Shown: positions 51,056-61,652 of the stretch, piece by piece | Position numbering within the stretch: the first letter of the stretch is position 1 | Layout: the number at the start of each line of letters is the position of its first letter | Origin: an uncultured Gammaproteobacteria bacterium | GTDB lineage: Bacteria > Patescibacteriota > Microgenomatia > UBA10105 > UBA927 | DNA length: 64,000 nt | Direction of reading: 5' to 3' | Assembly: GCA_964553825.1 (NCBI GenBank) | Contig: CAZKLT010000001.1 | Location: 126,989 to 190,988 of the forward strand | Position numbers and translations under genes: made by a program | The notes under the pieces: model-generated | Database searches by the model: none | The model's input: only the letters and a program-made list of their open reading frames with translations | What the model was told of the DNA's origin: nothing

Positions 51056-52093
51056 ATGCCAGTTGACGCAAAACTTCAAGCAATACAACTTGCCATGGAT
51101 CAAATCGAGAAGCAGTACGGCAAGGGTTCCATCATGAAATTGGGAGAAAAACAGGCGAGCCGTATGGCTGTCGACTTCATACCTACGGGAGTGCTGCCGT
51201 TGGATCTTGCTCTGGGCGTCGGTGGTCTTCCGCGGGGACGCATTGTTGAGATTTATGGCCCTGAGGCGTCCGGGAAAACGACCGTTTGCTTATCGACGAT
51301 CGCAGAGGCGCAAAAGGCAGGAGGAGTAGCTGCATTTATCGATGCGGAGCATGCGCTTGATCCTCAGTGGGCGGAGATTTTGGGCGTAAAACTTGATGAT
51401 CTTCTCATTTCTCAACCGGATACAGGGGAGCAGGCACTTGAGATCGCAGAGACGCTTATCAGAAGCGGTGGTGTTGATGTCATCGTGATCGATTCTGTTG
51501 CCGCGCTGGTACCCCGGGCAGAAATAGAGGGGGAGATGGGCGACAGTATGATGGGCGTGCACGCACGGCTTATGTCCCAAGCCTTAAGAAAACTGACTGC
51601 TGTTATTTCCCGATCGAAGGCAGTCGTTATCTTCACGAATCAACTTCGCCAAAAGATCGGCGTTATGTTTGGCAATCCCGAAACCACGACGGGTGGCATG
51701 GCACTTAAATTTTACGCGAGCATCCGCATGGATTCCCGGAAGATTGAAAGCTTGAAAGACGGAGATCGGGTTATTGGCAGCAGACATCGTGTACGGGTCG
51801 TGAAAAATAAAGTATCTCCTCCTTTTCGCGTTGCTGAGTTCGATGTCATGCATGATGGCGTTTCCAAGGAGGGCGGACTTCTCGATGTTGGAATCGAGTT
51901 TGGCATATTGACCAAATCGGGCGCATTTATCAAACATGGTTCTCAGATGCTGGGGCAGGGGAAAGAGGCAAGTAAGCTTTTCCTGAAGGAGAATCATAAG
52001 GTAGCCAAGGAAATTGCTGATGCAATTTGGAAAGCAGTGAAATCCGGCAATACCCATGCCAAGGTAGCAGTAGCAAAAGAATCAGAGGAATAA
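51056..52093 (+). CDS. recA: Recombinase RecA
   Basis: GPEASGKTT Walker A and full RecA core. Confidence 0.97.
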   Translation: MPVDAKLQAIQLAMDQIEKQYGKGSIMKLGEKQASRMAVDFIPTGVLPLDLALGVGGLPRGRIVEIYGPEASGKTTVCLSTIAEAQKAGGVAAFIDAEHALDPQWAEILGVKLDDLLISQPDTGEQALEIAETLIRSGGVDVIVIDSVAALVPRAEIEGEMGDSMMGVHARLMSQALRKLTAVISRSKAVVIFTNQLRQKIGVMFGNPETTTGGMALKFYASIRMDSRKIESLKDGDRVIGSRHRVRVVKNKVSPPFRVAEFDVMHDGVSKEGGLLDVGIEFGILTKSGAFIKHGSQMLGQGKEASKLFLKENHKVAKEIADAIWKAVKSGNTHAKVAVAKESEE

Positions 52094-52594
52094 GTGGATA
52101 ACCCGTACTATGATCGGCTGATTGCCGCCGCACTTCGATTTGTTTCGTATCGTCCGCGCAGCGAGACAGAGTTGACCGATTTTCTCCAAAAAAAATTGGA
52201 ACGCTGGAGCGTTGCCGGCGATCTTCTTTTGGAGAAAGTGAAAAACCGTATGCGGGAGATGGGCTATATTGATGATGACAAGTTTATCCAGTGGTGGATT
52301 TCCCAGCGTATGAGTTTCCGGCCAAAGGGAATGCGGGTTATATATATGGAGCTTCAGAAGAAAGGGGTCTCGCGTACAAGGATTGATGCCGTTGTTGCGC
52401 AACTCTCAAAGAGCGACCAGTTCGATGAACTGGACGCAGCGCGTAAAGCGATGTCGAAAAAGATTGCCCTATGGGCGAAATTGCGGCCTATTGAATACAA
52501 AAAGAAAATGTATACTTTTTTAGCTCAGCGTGGGTTTTCATCTTCAATTATCAGCCGCATCATTGACGAACTCGGTCAAAAAGACTACAATTAA
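52094..52594 (+). CDS. recX: RecA regulator RecX (GTG start abutting recA stop)
   Basis: RecX helical repeat pattern (LRFVSYRPRSETEL...). Confidence 0.8.
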   Translation: MDNPYYDRLIAAALRFVSYRPRSETELTDFLQKKLERWSVAGDLLLEKVKNRMREMGYIDDDKFIQWWISQRMSFRPKGMRVIYMELQKKGVSRTRIDAVVAQLSKSDQFDELDAARKAMSKKIALWAKLRPIEYKKKMYTFLAQRGFSSSIISRIIDELGQKDYN

Positions 52595-52598
52595 CGTA

Positions 52599-52618
52599 CC
52601 AAAAACGGAGGTTTTTGG
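52599..52618 (+). terminator. Hairpin CCAAAAAC-ggag-GTTTTTGG downstream of recX (weak terminator candidate)
   Basis: Perfect 8-bp inverted repeat 5 nt after the recX stop. The U-tract is poor. Confidence 0.3.
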
Positions 52619-52774
52619 AGAGACTTTTGTTTGAAAAACGTAGCACTAAGGTTTATGACACGATTTTTTAGCGACAAACCTTCAATGAACGAGCCCGTAG
52701 CATAAGGGGCCATTCTGCTGCATTCTTCACTCATAAGTTTCCCCGTAAACTCATTTTAATTTTCGGAGGTTCGT

Positions 52775-54289
52775 ATGTTAGATGTACTCAAAACACTGTC
52801 AGGATTAGTAAAGGCAAAAAAAGGGAAGGCTACGCCTCCAATGGCGCCCCAGCAACCTAAGGCCCAGCAGGCCAAGAAAGAGCCTGAGAAGCCGTCAAAA
52901 GCCCCTCTACAGCCTTCTGTAGACACGGAGGCAGCAATACGGCTTGCCGAGGCCAAAGCCCGCGAGATTATCATAGAGGCCAAGGATGAGGCCCTAAAGC
53001 TGCGCAGACAAGCGGAAGATGAGGTACACACCAAGCAATTAGCCATTGATAGGCGTGAGGGTGCGTTAAGTGAGCGGGATAAACGGCTGAGCGATCTGGA
53101 ACAGGCAGTGGAGAAGCGTCTGGCTGAGGTAGAGGCAGCAAAAAAAGAGCAGATTGCAAAACTTGAGAAAGCTGCTCATCTGACGCGGGATGAGGCCAAG
53201 GAGGTCATTTTATCCGCCGTTCGCGATCAGATTCGTGAAGATGTTGCCAAGGAGCTTCGTCAGGCGGCCGAGAAGGCCAAAGAAGAAGCAGACGACAAAG
53301 CAAAGGAAATCCTTGTTGACGCCATGCGTCATGGAGCCACGAACTATGTGCCGGAATATACCGTTTCAGTGGTCAAGATTGCCGATGAAGATGTGAAAGG
53401 CAGGATTATCGGAAAAGAAGGGAGAAATATCCGCACGTTTGAACAGGTTACCGGAGTTGACGTGGATCTTGACGAAGAAGGCGTTATCAGGCTTTCCTGT
53501 TTTGACCCGGTGAGACGGGAAGTGGCTCGCATTTCTCTTGAACGACTGCTTCGGGATGGCAGAGTGCAGCCTGGTCGTATAGAAGAGATCGTGGAGATCG
53601 TCCGAAAAGAATTGGACCGTATTATGTTTGAGGAAGGCCAGAAACTGTGCCACGCAGTAGGCGTCTATAACTTGCCGGCCCCTATCATTGCACAGTTGGG
53701 CAAATTTAAATATCGGTTCTCTTATGGACAGAACATGATCGCCCATACGCTCGAAGAGACCAAGATCGGCATAGCACTTGCTCAGGAAATCGGCGCGGAT
53801 GTGAATACGGTTCGGTTAGGTTGTCTTCTGCATGATATCGGGAAAGTTATCATGGATAAGGAAGGGAGTCACGTTGCTTTAGGGGTCGAACTTCTAAAGA
53901 AATACGGCATGCCTTCACGGGTCACGGACTGTGTCGCACAACATCACGAGGACACCCCGTTTACCTCAGTTGAGTCGATGCTTGTCTATATTGCTGACGC
54001 AATTTCAGGAAGCCGTCCGGGTGCGCGGTACGAAAATCACGAAGACTATATCAAGCGTCTGACCGATCTGGAAGGAATTGCGAAGGCTCACAAGGGCGTC
54101 ATGGAGTCGTTTGCATTTCAGGCTGGTCGTGAGCTTCGGGTTGTTGTCGATCCGGGCAAGGTGGACGATGCCACTGCTACGATTATGGCAAGTGAAATTA
54201 AGAAAGAAATTGAAGAAAAACTTACCTATCCGGGCCAGATTAAGATTTCCGTCGTTCGCGAGCTTCGCGCAGTGGAAGTCGCGAAGTGA
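52775..54289 (+). CDS. rny: Ribonuclease Y (N-terminal TM, coiled coil, KH and HD domains)
   Basis: KH motif IGKEGRNIRTFEQVTGV and HD motif LLHDIGK...QHHE. Confidence 0.93.
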   Translation: MLDVLKTLSGLVKAKKGKATPPMAPQQPKAQQAKKEPEKPSKAPLQPSVDTEAAIRLAEAKAREIIIEAKDEALKLRRQAEDEVHTKQLAIDRREGALSERDKRLSDLEQAVEKRLAEVEAAKKEQIAKLEKAAHLTRDEAKEVILSAVRDQIREDVAKELRQAAEKAKEEADDKAKEILVDAMRHGATNYVPEYTVSVVKIADEDVKGRIIGKEGRNIRTFEQVTGVDVDLDEEGVIRLSCFDPVRREVARISLERLLRDGRVQPGRIEEIVEIVRKELDRIMFEEGQKLCHAVGVYNLPAPIIAQLGKFKYRFSYGQNMIAHTLEETKIGIALAQEIGADVNTVRLGCLLHDIGKVIMDKEGSHVALGVELLKKYGMPSRVTDCVAQHHEDTPFTSVESMLVYIADAISGSRPGARYENHEDYIKRLTDLEGIAKAHKGVMESFAFQAGRELRVVVDPGKVDDATATIMASEIKKEIEEKLTYPGQIKISVVRELRAVEVAK

Positions 54290-54359
54290 CCGTCAGGTCG
54301 ATCTAAACAAAATTATTATTTGATTTAGATTGTTATAGAGCGATGTGTTTAATGATATC

Positions 54360-54388
54360 TTGACACGACGCGCTGCATCTTCTACATT
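54360..54388 (+). promoter_or_regulatory. Sigma70-like promoter for hup (TTGACA-17-TACATT)
   Basis: -35 at 54360-54365 and -10 at 54383-54388. A strong GAAGGAGGTG Shine-Dalgarno precedes the ATG at 54467. Confidence 0.45.
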
Positions 54389-54466
54389 GCCTCGTAGATC
54401 CCGTCAGAACGGGAAATTCAAAAAGAAAGCTCGTCTTAATCCTCTGCCCGAAGGAGGTGAATGTAC

Positions 54467-54739
54467 ATGACTAAGGCAGATCTCGTCGAAGTAGTTGCCA
54501 AGAAGGCAAACTTAACCGCCAAAGCCGCACGCGAATCAGTCGCTGCAGTATTTGGATCTATCACGGATGCACTCAAGAAGGGTGACAAGGTAGTCGTTAC
54601 CGGTTTCGGAACGTTCATGGTCCGATCCCGCAAGTCACGAACCGGCCGCAACCCACAGACAGGTGCTCCTATCAGCATCCCGGCCCGAAAGACGCCAGGA
54701 TTTACCGCTGGTAAGGCTTTGAAAAAAGTTGTCCGGTAA
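54467..54739 (+). CDS. hup: Nucleoid-associated protein HU
   Basis: MTKADLVEVVAKKANLTAKAARESVAAVF...RNPQTG. Confidence 0.93.
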   Translation: MTKADLVEVVAKKANLTAKAARESVAAVFGSITDALKKGDKVVVTGFGTFMVRSRKSRTGRNPQTGAPISIPARKTPGFTAGKALKKVVR

Positions 54740-54810
54740 TTCAGACACTGTTCAATCCAAAGAGGCTCCCTCAATCCTGAAGGAGTCTCTTCTGGTATAC
54801 TAATGCCGTT

Positions 54811-55791
54811 ATGGCAATCTCCGTTTCACATCTCAAGAAGCATTATCAGGTGTATAAGAAAGAGTCTGGTTTTGTAGGAAGCGTGCGGTCTCTTTTTCAT
54901 CGTCGGTATGAGTCTGTACCCGCCGTTTCGGACATTTCTTTTGATATTGATGAAGGGGAATTGGTAGGATTCATTGGCCCGAATGGGGCAGGAAAAACGA
55001 CAACACTTAAATGTTTGTCCGGATTGTTATATCCGACAAGTGGCATGGTTACTGTCTTAGGGTATGTTCCGCAGAAGCGGGAAAAGTCCTTGTTGACACA
55101 GATGGCTCTTGTGATGGGTCAAAAAAATCAACTTTGGTGGGATTTGCCCTCTGTTGAGACATTTCTCCTGAACAAAGAAATATATGAAATTCCTGACGAC
55201 ACCTATAAAAGGACACTCGGGGAACTTGTTGAATTATTGGACGTCGGTAAACTTCTTGATATTCAGGTTCGAAAGCTTTCCTTAGGCGAGCGGATGAAAA
55301 TGGAACTTATTGCAGCACTCATACACGCTCCAAAAGTATTATTTTTGGACGAACCGACGATAGGCCTGGATGTGGTGATGCAAAAAAATATGCGTGATTT
55401 CATCAAGCAATATAACGAACTGCATAAATCAACAATCCTTCTGACCTCACATTATATGGAAGACGTCAGACAGCTGGCGCGTCGTGTTATTGTCATCGAT
55501 CACGGGAAAATTCTCTATGACGGGAAACTTGACAGTCTTATTAAGAAATTTGCCAAATATAAATTGCTTTCCGTTGTTCTTGAGGAGTATGTGCCTCCAG
55601 ATACGTTGAAAGAAGTAGGCGAACTCGTAAGCTATACGTTCCCCAAAGCAGTTATCCGGGTAGCCCGCAATGCGTCAAATGTGGCGGCGGCACAGCTCCT
55701 GCAGAAATTTCCGGTTGATGATTTGAATATAGAAGAACCGGATATTGAAGATATAATCCGTGATGTGTTTGGGTCCGCCGTCAAAAAATGA
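54811..55791 (+). CDS. ABC transporter ATP-binding protein
   Basis: Walker A GPNGAGKTT, signature LSLGERMK, Walker B LLFLDEP. Confidence 0.9.
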   Translation: MAISVSHLKKHYQVYKKESGFVGSVRSLFHRRYESVPAVSDISFDIDEGELVGFIGPNGAGKTTTLKCLSGLLYPTSGMVTVLGYVPQKREKSLLTQMALVMGQKNQLWWDLPSVETFLLNKEIYEIPDDTYKRTLGELVELLDVGKLLDIQVRKLSLGERMKMELIAALIHAPKVLFLDEPTIGLDVVMQKNMRDFIKQYNELHKSTILLTSHYMEDVRQLARRVIVIDHGKILYDGKLDSLIKKFAKYKLLSVVLEEYVPPDTLKEVGELVSYTFPKAVIRVARNASNVAAAQLLQKFPVDDLNIEEPDIEDIIRDVFGSAVKK

Positions 55792-56582
55792 AAGCGTATC
55801 TCCAGATAATTAAAAGCACGTGGGCAGAATACATGACCTATCGACTCAATTTCGTCATGTGGCGAGTCCGGATGGTTATGCAACTTCTTATCACCTATTT
55901 CCTGTGGTGGGCCATTTTTGGTACAAAGGACGAGTTTTTCGGATACAGCCAGACGATGCTTCTGACATATGTTTTGCTTACTTCGATTGTCCGGACCATT
56001 GTATTGGGTACGACGACCATGGAAATCGGAGACCTGATCAATCAGGGCAATTTATCCAATTTTTTGGTTAAGCCGCTCGGATTTTTTTCCTATTATGGCG
56101 CCCGGGATGTCGCTGACAAGGCGCTCAATTTTTTCTTTGCCCTTGGCGAATTTATTCTGCTTTTTATTCTGTTGCGGCCTCCCGTTTTTGTCCAGACTGA
56201 TCCGTTGTACCTTGGGCTTGCTATTGTTGCCGTTATCTTGGCCATGCTTTTGTATTTTTTCTTTAGCCTTACGCTTGGATTTTTGGGATTCTGGACTCCG
56301 GATGTCTGGGGCCCGCGGTTTATCTCATTTGTTGTGATGGAGTTTTTTGCAGGAAGCCTGTTTCCGCTCGATATTCTTCCGAAAACACTCTATATGATCA
56401 GCCAGATGTTGCCGTTTTCCTATTTTATTTATTTTCCCCTGAAGATTTACACGGGACAATTATCCACGCCAGATATTGTGCAGGGACTGGGGATTGCCGC
56501 TGCGTGGGTTGTCGGACTATGGTTTATCGCGACACGTATGTGGAACAAGGGACTGCAAGTGTATACGGCCGAAGGAAAGTGA
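55788..56582 (+). CDS. ABC-2 family transporter permease
   Basis: 6-TM permease translationally coupled to the ATPase. Confidence 0.75.
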   Translation: MKAYLQIIKSTWAEYMTYRLNFVMWRVRMVMQLLITYFLWWAIFGTKDEFFGYSQTMLLTYVLLTSIVRTIVLGTTTMEIGDLINQGNLSNFLVKPLGFFSYYGARDVADKALNFFFALGEFILLFILLRPPVFVQTDPLYLGLAIVAVILAMLLYFFFSLTLGFLGFWTPDVWGPRFISFVVMEFFAGSLFPLDILPKTLYMISQMLPFSYFIYFPLKIYTGQLSTPDIVQGLGIAAAWVVGLWFIATRMWNKGLQVYTAEGK

Positions 56583-56583
56583 A

Positions 56584-57372
56584 ATGAGAAAAATTGCCAA
56601 ATACATTCATCTCTGGGGAAAACTTACGGTAAATTCCTTTATGGCGGTTCTTTCCTCTCGCTTTGGTGCGTCTTTATTTCTTATCGGTAAAACGCTTCGT
56701 TTTGCCTTTTTCCTAATTTTTCTTCTTACGTTATTTACTCAGACTGAGCTTTTGGCATCCTATTCACAGTCGCAAATGCTCTTTTTCTTTCTTACGTTTA
56801 ATTTCATCGATACGCTGACTCAGTTATTTTTCCGTGAGGTCTACCGCTTCCGGCAGATGGTTGTTTCGGGAGATTTTGACCTGGTCCTTATTAAACCCAT
56901 GAGTCCGCTATTTCGGGCGCTTGTCGGCGGAGCCGATCCGCTTGATCTTCTGATGCTTATACCGTACGTGGGAGCGCTTGTGTATGTCGCCCTTCAGCTC
57001 AATGTTACCGTCGGCGGTGCGTTTCTTTATTTTCTTCTCCTTCTGAATGCGCTTGCGATAGCGTCTGGATTCCATATTTTCGTCCTTGCTCTTGCCATTC
57101 TTACAACGGAAATCGATCATACGATCATGATTTATCGTGATCTCACCAGTATGGGACGAGTGCCGGTGGATATTTACCGTGAACCGCTGAAATCGATCAT
57201 TACGTTCGTTATTCCCGTAGGCGTTATGATGACGTTCCCCGCAAAAGCGCTGTTGGGATTATTATCACCGGTCTTTATTCTTGCATCGTGTAGTATCGGA
57301 GGAGCGTTTCTCTTTCTTTCGTTACGGATGTGGAAATATTCATTGTCAAAATATTCCTCGGCTTCAAGCTGA
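56584..57372 (+). CDS. ABC-2 family transporter permease (second subunit)
   Basis: 6-TM permease. The start is taken at ATG 56584, directly after the previous stop. Confidence 0.7.
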   Translation: MRKIAKYIHLWGKLTVNSFMAVLSSRFGASLFLIGKTLRFAFFLIFLLTLFTQTELLASYSQSQMLFFFLTFNFIDTLTQLFFREVYRFRQMVVSGDFDLVLIKPMSPLFRALVGGADPLDLLMLIPYVGALVYVALQLNVTVGGAFLYFLLLLNALAIASGFHIFVLALAILTTEIDHTIMIYRDLTSMGRVPVDIYREPLKSIITFVIPVGVMMTFPAKALLGLLSPVFILASCSIGGAFLFLSLRMWKYSLSKYSSASS

Positions 57373-57404
57373 TTCTGTGAGATGGGGTTGACGACGGGCG
57401 ATTT

Positions 57405-58238
57405 TTGATAGATGATATTTTAAGAGATACATCTATGGTTGTAAAAAAGAAACACGTTAAGCGCACGGAAATCGAAGAGCTTGCCTCGACGGAGGAAGCA
57501 CCGAAAGAAGAGCGACGTCCGCCAATTACTCAGGTCGTTGAAGTGGTGGAGGATGCAGGTGAATCCGATGTCGTCTCAGTGGAAGCATCTTCTGATTCTG
57601 GCATGATGGAAGAAGATACGGCAAAACGGTCACAGGAAGATGTTATGGAAGATCGGGTAGAAGCATCGGAAAACGAGAATGAAAAACGCCGTGTCCTTGT
57701 CGACGAATTATTCCAGAAGAAAGGTGAGGCCGAAAAGGGAGATGTCATGCCTGAGATCTCTATACATAAGCGTCCGTCAACGAAGCCGATGGTTATGTGG
57801 GCGGTTGTCATTATCCTTATTTGTATAGTTGTTGGCGGTACGATTTATCTGGCGTCTTCGGGCAATCTCAAGATGCCGTCATTTGCTGCGAAACCAACTC
57901 CGACGGCTACGCCGACAGTTGCACCGACTGCGACACCGGTTCCCGTCGAAGTGAAGAAGGAAGATTTGAAGATTCAGGTTCTGAACGGTTCTGGTATCCC
58001 AGGGGTTGCCGGTAAGCTCAAGACGCTCCTTGAAGAAAAAGGGTACACGGTGAGCGATACCGGGAATGCGGACAACTACGACTATGAAACGACAGAGATT
58101 CAGGTTAAGTCGGGGAAAGACGAGATCCTCAAAGTACTCGAAACAGATCTGAAGGAAGATTATAGTCTGAATGCATCTCCGGAGACGCTTTCTGACGACG
58201 TGCCCTACGACGCCCGCATTATTATTGGGAAAGAGTAA
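57405..58238 (+). CDS. LytR_C domain protein (LCP-associated C-terminal domain) with acidic N-terminal region, TM and Pro/Thr-rich linker
   Basis: C-terminal KIQVLNGSGIPGVAGKLKTLLEEKGYTV...DYETTEIQVK matches the LytR_C fold. TM helix at about residue 130. Confidence 0.6.
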   Translation: MIDDILRDTSMVVKKKHVKRTEIEELASTEEAPKEERRPPITQVVEVVEDAGESDVVSVEASSDSGMMEEDTAKRSQEDVMEDRVEASENENEKRRVLVDELFQKKGEAEKGDVMPEISIHKRPSTKPMVMWAVVIILICIVVGGTIYLASSGNLKMPSFAAKPTPTATPTVAPTATPVPVEVKKEDLKIQVLNGSGIPGVAGKLKTLLEEKGYTVSDTGNADNYDYETTEIQVKSGKDEILKVLETDLKEDYSLNASPETLSDDVPYDARIIIGKE

Positions 58239-58267
58239 CCTTCTGTCCCGCGCTCGTCTTACCTTCT

Positions 58268-59017
58268 ATGAAGTACAAGGCTATTATGCTGGATTTGGAT
58301 GATACGACTGTTCCTCACGGAAAAGGAACGATTCCGTCACCGGCAGTAACCCGTGCCATTACCCGTGCCCGAAAGAAAATTCATGTGTGTATCGCAACAG
58401 CCCGGACGCTCAAAGAATCTCTGAATGTCATGGATCATCTGGAATTATCCGGTCCGTGCGTCGTGACCGGTGGAACCCAAATCTACGATCCCGTGACTAA
58501 AAGCGTCATACACGAAGTCCCGTTACCACCCGATATCCTTCCAAGACTGTACGAGCAGTGCCGACAGCGTGGGATATTGGCGTTTTACTACGACGGAAAA
58601 GAGGATGCTCCGTTTGGTCACGATACCAAACCAACAAAAGCGCTCAGTATATATTTGCCAGAGGTGAATCCCAGTGAGATTGATGTGCTCGTGGATGAAT
58701 TTTCCATTGATCCTCGTATTCGTGTACAGAAGCTGACGGCATGGGATAAGCAATTCATGGCGTTGGATATCACGGCAAGCGAGGCATCCAAGCAGCATGG
58801 CGTTCTTGAGGTCGCCCGGATCCTTAATATATCTACGGATGAGATTATCGGGGTCGGGGACGGGTATAATGATTTTCCGCTACTTATGGCCTGCGGGTTG
58901 AAGGTGGCCATGGGAAACGCCGTGCCCGAACTGAAGGCGATTGCAGATTTTATTGCTCCTACCGTTGACGAAGATGGGGTAGCGACTGTATTGGAAAAGT
59001 TTGTTCTCGCAGTCTAG
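58268..59017 (+). CDS. HAD-IIB (Cof-like) phosphatase
   Basis: IMLDLDDTTV motif I. C-terminal GDGYNDFPLL motif IV. Confidence 0.8.
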   Translation: MKYKAIMLDLDDTTVPHGKGTIPSPAVTRAITRARKKIHVCIATARTLKESLNVMDHLELSGPCVVTGGTQIYDPVTKSVIHEVPLPPDILPRLYEQCRQRGILAFYYDGKEDAPFGHDTKPTKALSIYLPEVNPSEIDVLVDEFSIDPRIRVQKLTAWDKQFMALDITASEASKQHGVLEVARILNISTDEIIGVGDGYNDFPLLMACGLKVAMGNAVPELKAIADFIAPTVDEDGVATVLEKFVLAV

Positions 59018-59400
59018 TTCTCGATAACAAGTTTCCCGCTCATTCGATAGTGGCCGTCTCCGCATAATACGGAGCAGTAGAATCCGAAGATTGCGGGCCC
59101 TTGAGGCACAATGCGAATAACCGTTTCCCGCAACGGAGCCAATGATTCGTTAATATTCAGTTCGGCGATAAAAAAGCCATGCGGATAGACGTCTTCGTTA
59201 TAGATGCGAATTTCGGCCGGAAGCCTTCCGGAGATGGTGATTGTTTCGGGGGAAAATTTCCACTGATCCTTAAGAATCTTTGCGTTTATAATCTGTATGC
59301 CATTTTGTACTATAGTGGTACGTGAGACTTGCGCCTGATATATGAAAAAAGTGATGCTCACTACGAATACGGTAAGAAAAATTCCGGGTATTTTTTTCAT
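59014..59400 (-). CDS. Membrane-anchored cupredoxin-like (blue-copper type) protein
   Basis: C-terminal PHGFFIAELNI....FGFYCSVLCGDGHYRMSGKLVIE gives the H...C..H..M type-1 copper ligand pattern. The start is taken at MKKIPGIF (59400); a longer ORF runs to 59511. Confidence 0.55.
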   Translation of the reverse strand: MKKIPGIFLTVFVVSITFFIYQAQVSRTTIVQNGIQIINAKILKDQWKFSPETITISGRLPAEIRIYNEDVYPHGFFIAELNINESLAPLRETVIRIVPQGPAIFGFYCSVLCGDGHYRMSGKLVIEN

Positions 59401-60406
59401 GCTACTCATCATAGCACTTGGAGGTACGGGGTGGATATTTCTCCGTGCACAGAGACCAGCCGTTGTGTCTGAGCGCTTTGATTCATATCGCGAACTCCAT
59501 GCTGCCTTCAATCAGGTTGTGGCGCGACGCGGCATCGGAGAGACGCTTGATATGGTGCGGGATACTTTCATTCGGGGAAATATTACGATCAACGAATGCC
59601 ACAGTCTTCTTCATCAATTAGGCCATGCGGCGTACGAATTTCATCGGGATGACTGGAATGTGCTCACGTTGGAAAAAACGCGATTGTGCATGGATGGATT
59701 TGCCCATGGCGTGGAAGCACAAATGGCAATGGAATGGCCACTGCATGCCGAACGTGTCCGCGACGATCTTCGGAGGTACTGTAAGGAGATGAGGGCGCTA
59801 GATCAATCATGGTCGTGCTATCACGGCGCCGGTCATGCGTTCATCCAGCGGTACGGAAATGATGCGCCGATTGCACTATCAAAATGTGACGAGGCGGTGC
59901 CGCAGGAAGATGAAGCGGAAGATTGTTGGCGGGGCGTCTTTAGTGAATACCGTAATTTTCTTAATGCGTATGACGGGGACAATGAGGCACCAATTCCCGG
60001 CATGACGCCCAAAACAATACCCGTAAGCGAAACGTTTTACGAATGCGCTGCGGTACCATCGAAGTATCATGATGCGTGTATTTCCCAGTTTGCCGGGTAC
60101 CTCATCACTGATGATTTAGATGCGTCAGTTGCCACGTGTCTGACGTTTGGGGATTGGGTGTGGCGCAGATGTATCCAGACGGTAGCAAGTTCGTTCGTTG
60201 CCAACACATTTGCCCAAACCAATGTGATGATGCCGGTAAAAGCGCTTTCATCATTTACCGTATCAGCCCGTGAGGGATTTATCGATGGAATGTACGAGGG
60301 TTTGGTCGGTTTTCAGCGATCGGATTTCGCCACACAGTGGGATATGTTTTGCAGCGCGCTGGGAGGGATAGATGATCAGGCATATTGCCGGTCAAAAGTA
60401 TTGTGA
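59342..60406 (+). CDS. Hypothetical Cys/His-rich membrane-anchored protein with repeated C..H(G)HA motifs
   Basis: 354-aa ORF (alternative start MLLIIALGG at 59399). Motifs ECHSLLHQLGHAAYEF, LCMDGFAHGVEAQ and SCYHGAGHAFIQ recur. The protein has 12 Cys residues. Confidence 0.5.
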   Translation: MKKVMLTTNTVRKIPGIFFMLLIIALGGTGWIFLRAQRPAVVSERFDSYRELHAAFNQVVARRGIGETLDMVRDTFIRGNITINECHSLLHQLGHAAYEFHRDDWNVLTLEKTRLCMDGFAHGVEAQMAMEWPLHAERVRDDLRRYCKEMRALDQSWSCYHGAGHAFIQRYGNDAPIALSKCDEAVPQEDEAEDCWRGVFSEYRNFLNAYDGDNEAPIPGMTPKTIPVSETFYECAAVPSKYHDACISQFAGYLITDDLDASVATCLTFGDWVWRRCIQTVASSFVANTFAQTNVMMPVKALSSFTVSAREGFIDGMYEGLVGFQRSDFATQWDMFCSALGGIDDQAYCRSKVL

Positions 60407-60434
60407 TTTCTCACATTTGGTACAATACCGAAGT

Positions 60435-61652
60435 ATGAAATACCACATTGTCACATTCGGATGCGCCGCAAATGAAGCGGACAGCGAGCGTGTCGCGTCG
60501 TATTATGAGTCCAGGGGATATGCTTCTACGGCTGACATAGGAAACGCTGATGACGTTGTTATCAATACCTGCATGATTCGCGAGAAGGCCGAACATCGGG
60601 TCTATGGATTAGTCCATAATCTCACGCAGGAAAAGAAAAACGGACGGAAGATAAAGATTGTCGTTACGGGTTGCATGGTGGGAATGGCAGTTCGTGAGAA
60701 GACCGGGAAAATGCTTTCGCTCCTCAAGAAAAAAATGCCCGCAGTTGATGAATTCTTGCCGATTGAAGAGGTTGGATTTGACCATGCTCCGGTGCGGACG
60801 GATTTCACCCATGCCTGGGTGCCCATTTCAAACGGGTGTAATAATTTCTGTACGTTCTGCGTGGTTCCGTTTACGCGTGGACGGGAGATAAGCCGCCCGT
60901 TTGATGACATTCTTCTTGAATGTTTTGAGCTGGCAGGACAAGGATATAAAAAGGTGACTCTCGTAGGACAAAATGTGAACTCGTATGGCGCAGATCTTGT
61001 GGTAGGACCGCAGAATGTACAGGTATTGCGGGACGTGGAAGGATTGAGCTATTTTAATCAGACGTTTACGGAAGGGAGTGTCGGATACGAGATAAAAGGG
61101 AAATCCATAACGCCCTCCTTCGTTAAGCATTTGGGGAGACTACGGATTCCAACGCTGTTCCCTTATCTTCTGGATGAGATAAGCAAGATTGACGGAATTG
61201 AAGTGGTGGATTTTATTTCCAGCAATCCGTGGGATTTTTCAGATGAATTGATAGACGCAATCGCCAAAAATCCGAAAGTTTCTCGTCACATTCATCTTCC
61301 GGTGCAATCCGGAGATTCAGTGATGCTCAAGAAGATGAACAGGTGGTATACCAGAGAGGAGTACTTGACGCTTGTATCAAAACTGAAAAAGAAGATTCCT
61401 GAAATCACCATATCGACGGATATAATCGTCGGATTCTGCGGCGAAACGGATGAACAGTTTGAAAACACGGTGTCGCTTGCCCGAGAGGTAAATTTTACAA
61501 AAGCGTATGTCTCCATGTATTCAGATCGGCCGATGACCGCAGCGCATAAGGCATATAAGGATGACGTACCGCATCCGGTTAAGAAAAAAAGATGGCAAAT
61601 TCTTGAAGAGCTCATCAACAAAACGAATCTGCGTGCCGGAACATTCAAATGA
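60435..61652 (+). CDS. miaB: Radical-SAM methylthiotransferase, MiaB-like (TRAM domain short or absent)
   Basis: N-terminal MTTase domain (HIVTFGCAANEADSE), radical SAM CNNFCTFC. It is followed and overlapped by miaA. Confidence 0.8.
   Translation: MKYHIVTFGCAANEADSERVASYYESRGYASTADIGNADDVVINTCMIREKAEHRVYGLVHNLTQEKKNGRKIKIVVTGCMVGMAVREKTGKMLSLLKKKMPAVDEFLPIEEVGFDHAPVRTDFTHAWVPISNGCNNFCTFCVVPFTRGREISRPFDDILLECFELAGQGYKKVTLVGQNVNSYGADLVVGPQNVQVLRDVEGLSYFNQTFTEGSVGYEIKGKSITPSFVKHLGRLRIPTLFPYLLDEISKIDGIEVVDFISSNPWDFSDELIDAIAKNPKVSRHIHLPVQSGDSVMLKKMNRWYTREEYLTLVSKLKKKIPEITISTDIIVGFCGETDEQFENTVSLAREVNFTKAYVSMYSDRPMTAAHKAYKDDVPHPVKKKRWQILEELINKTNLRAGTFK

Noticed and set aside
54301-54330. ATCTAAA...TTTAGAT hairpin after rny as a terminator
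   Set aside because: AT-rich weak stem and no U-tract. It is more likely incidental or part of the hup upstream region, so it is not listed as a feature.
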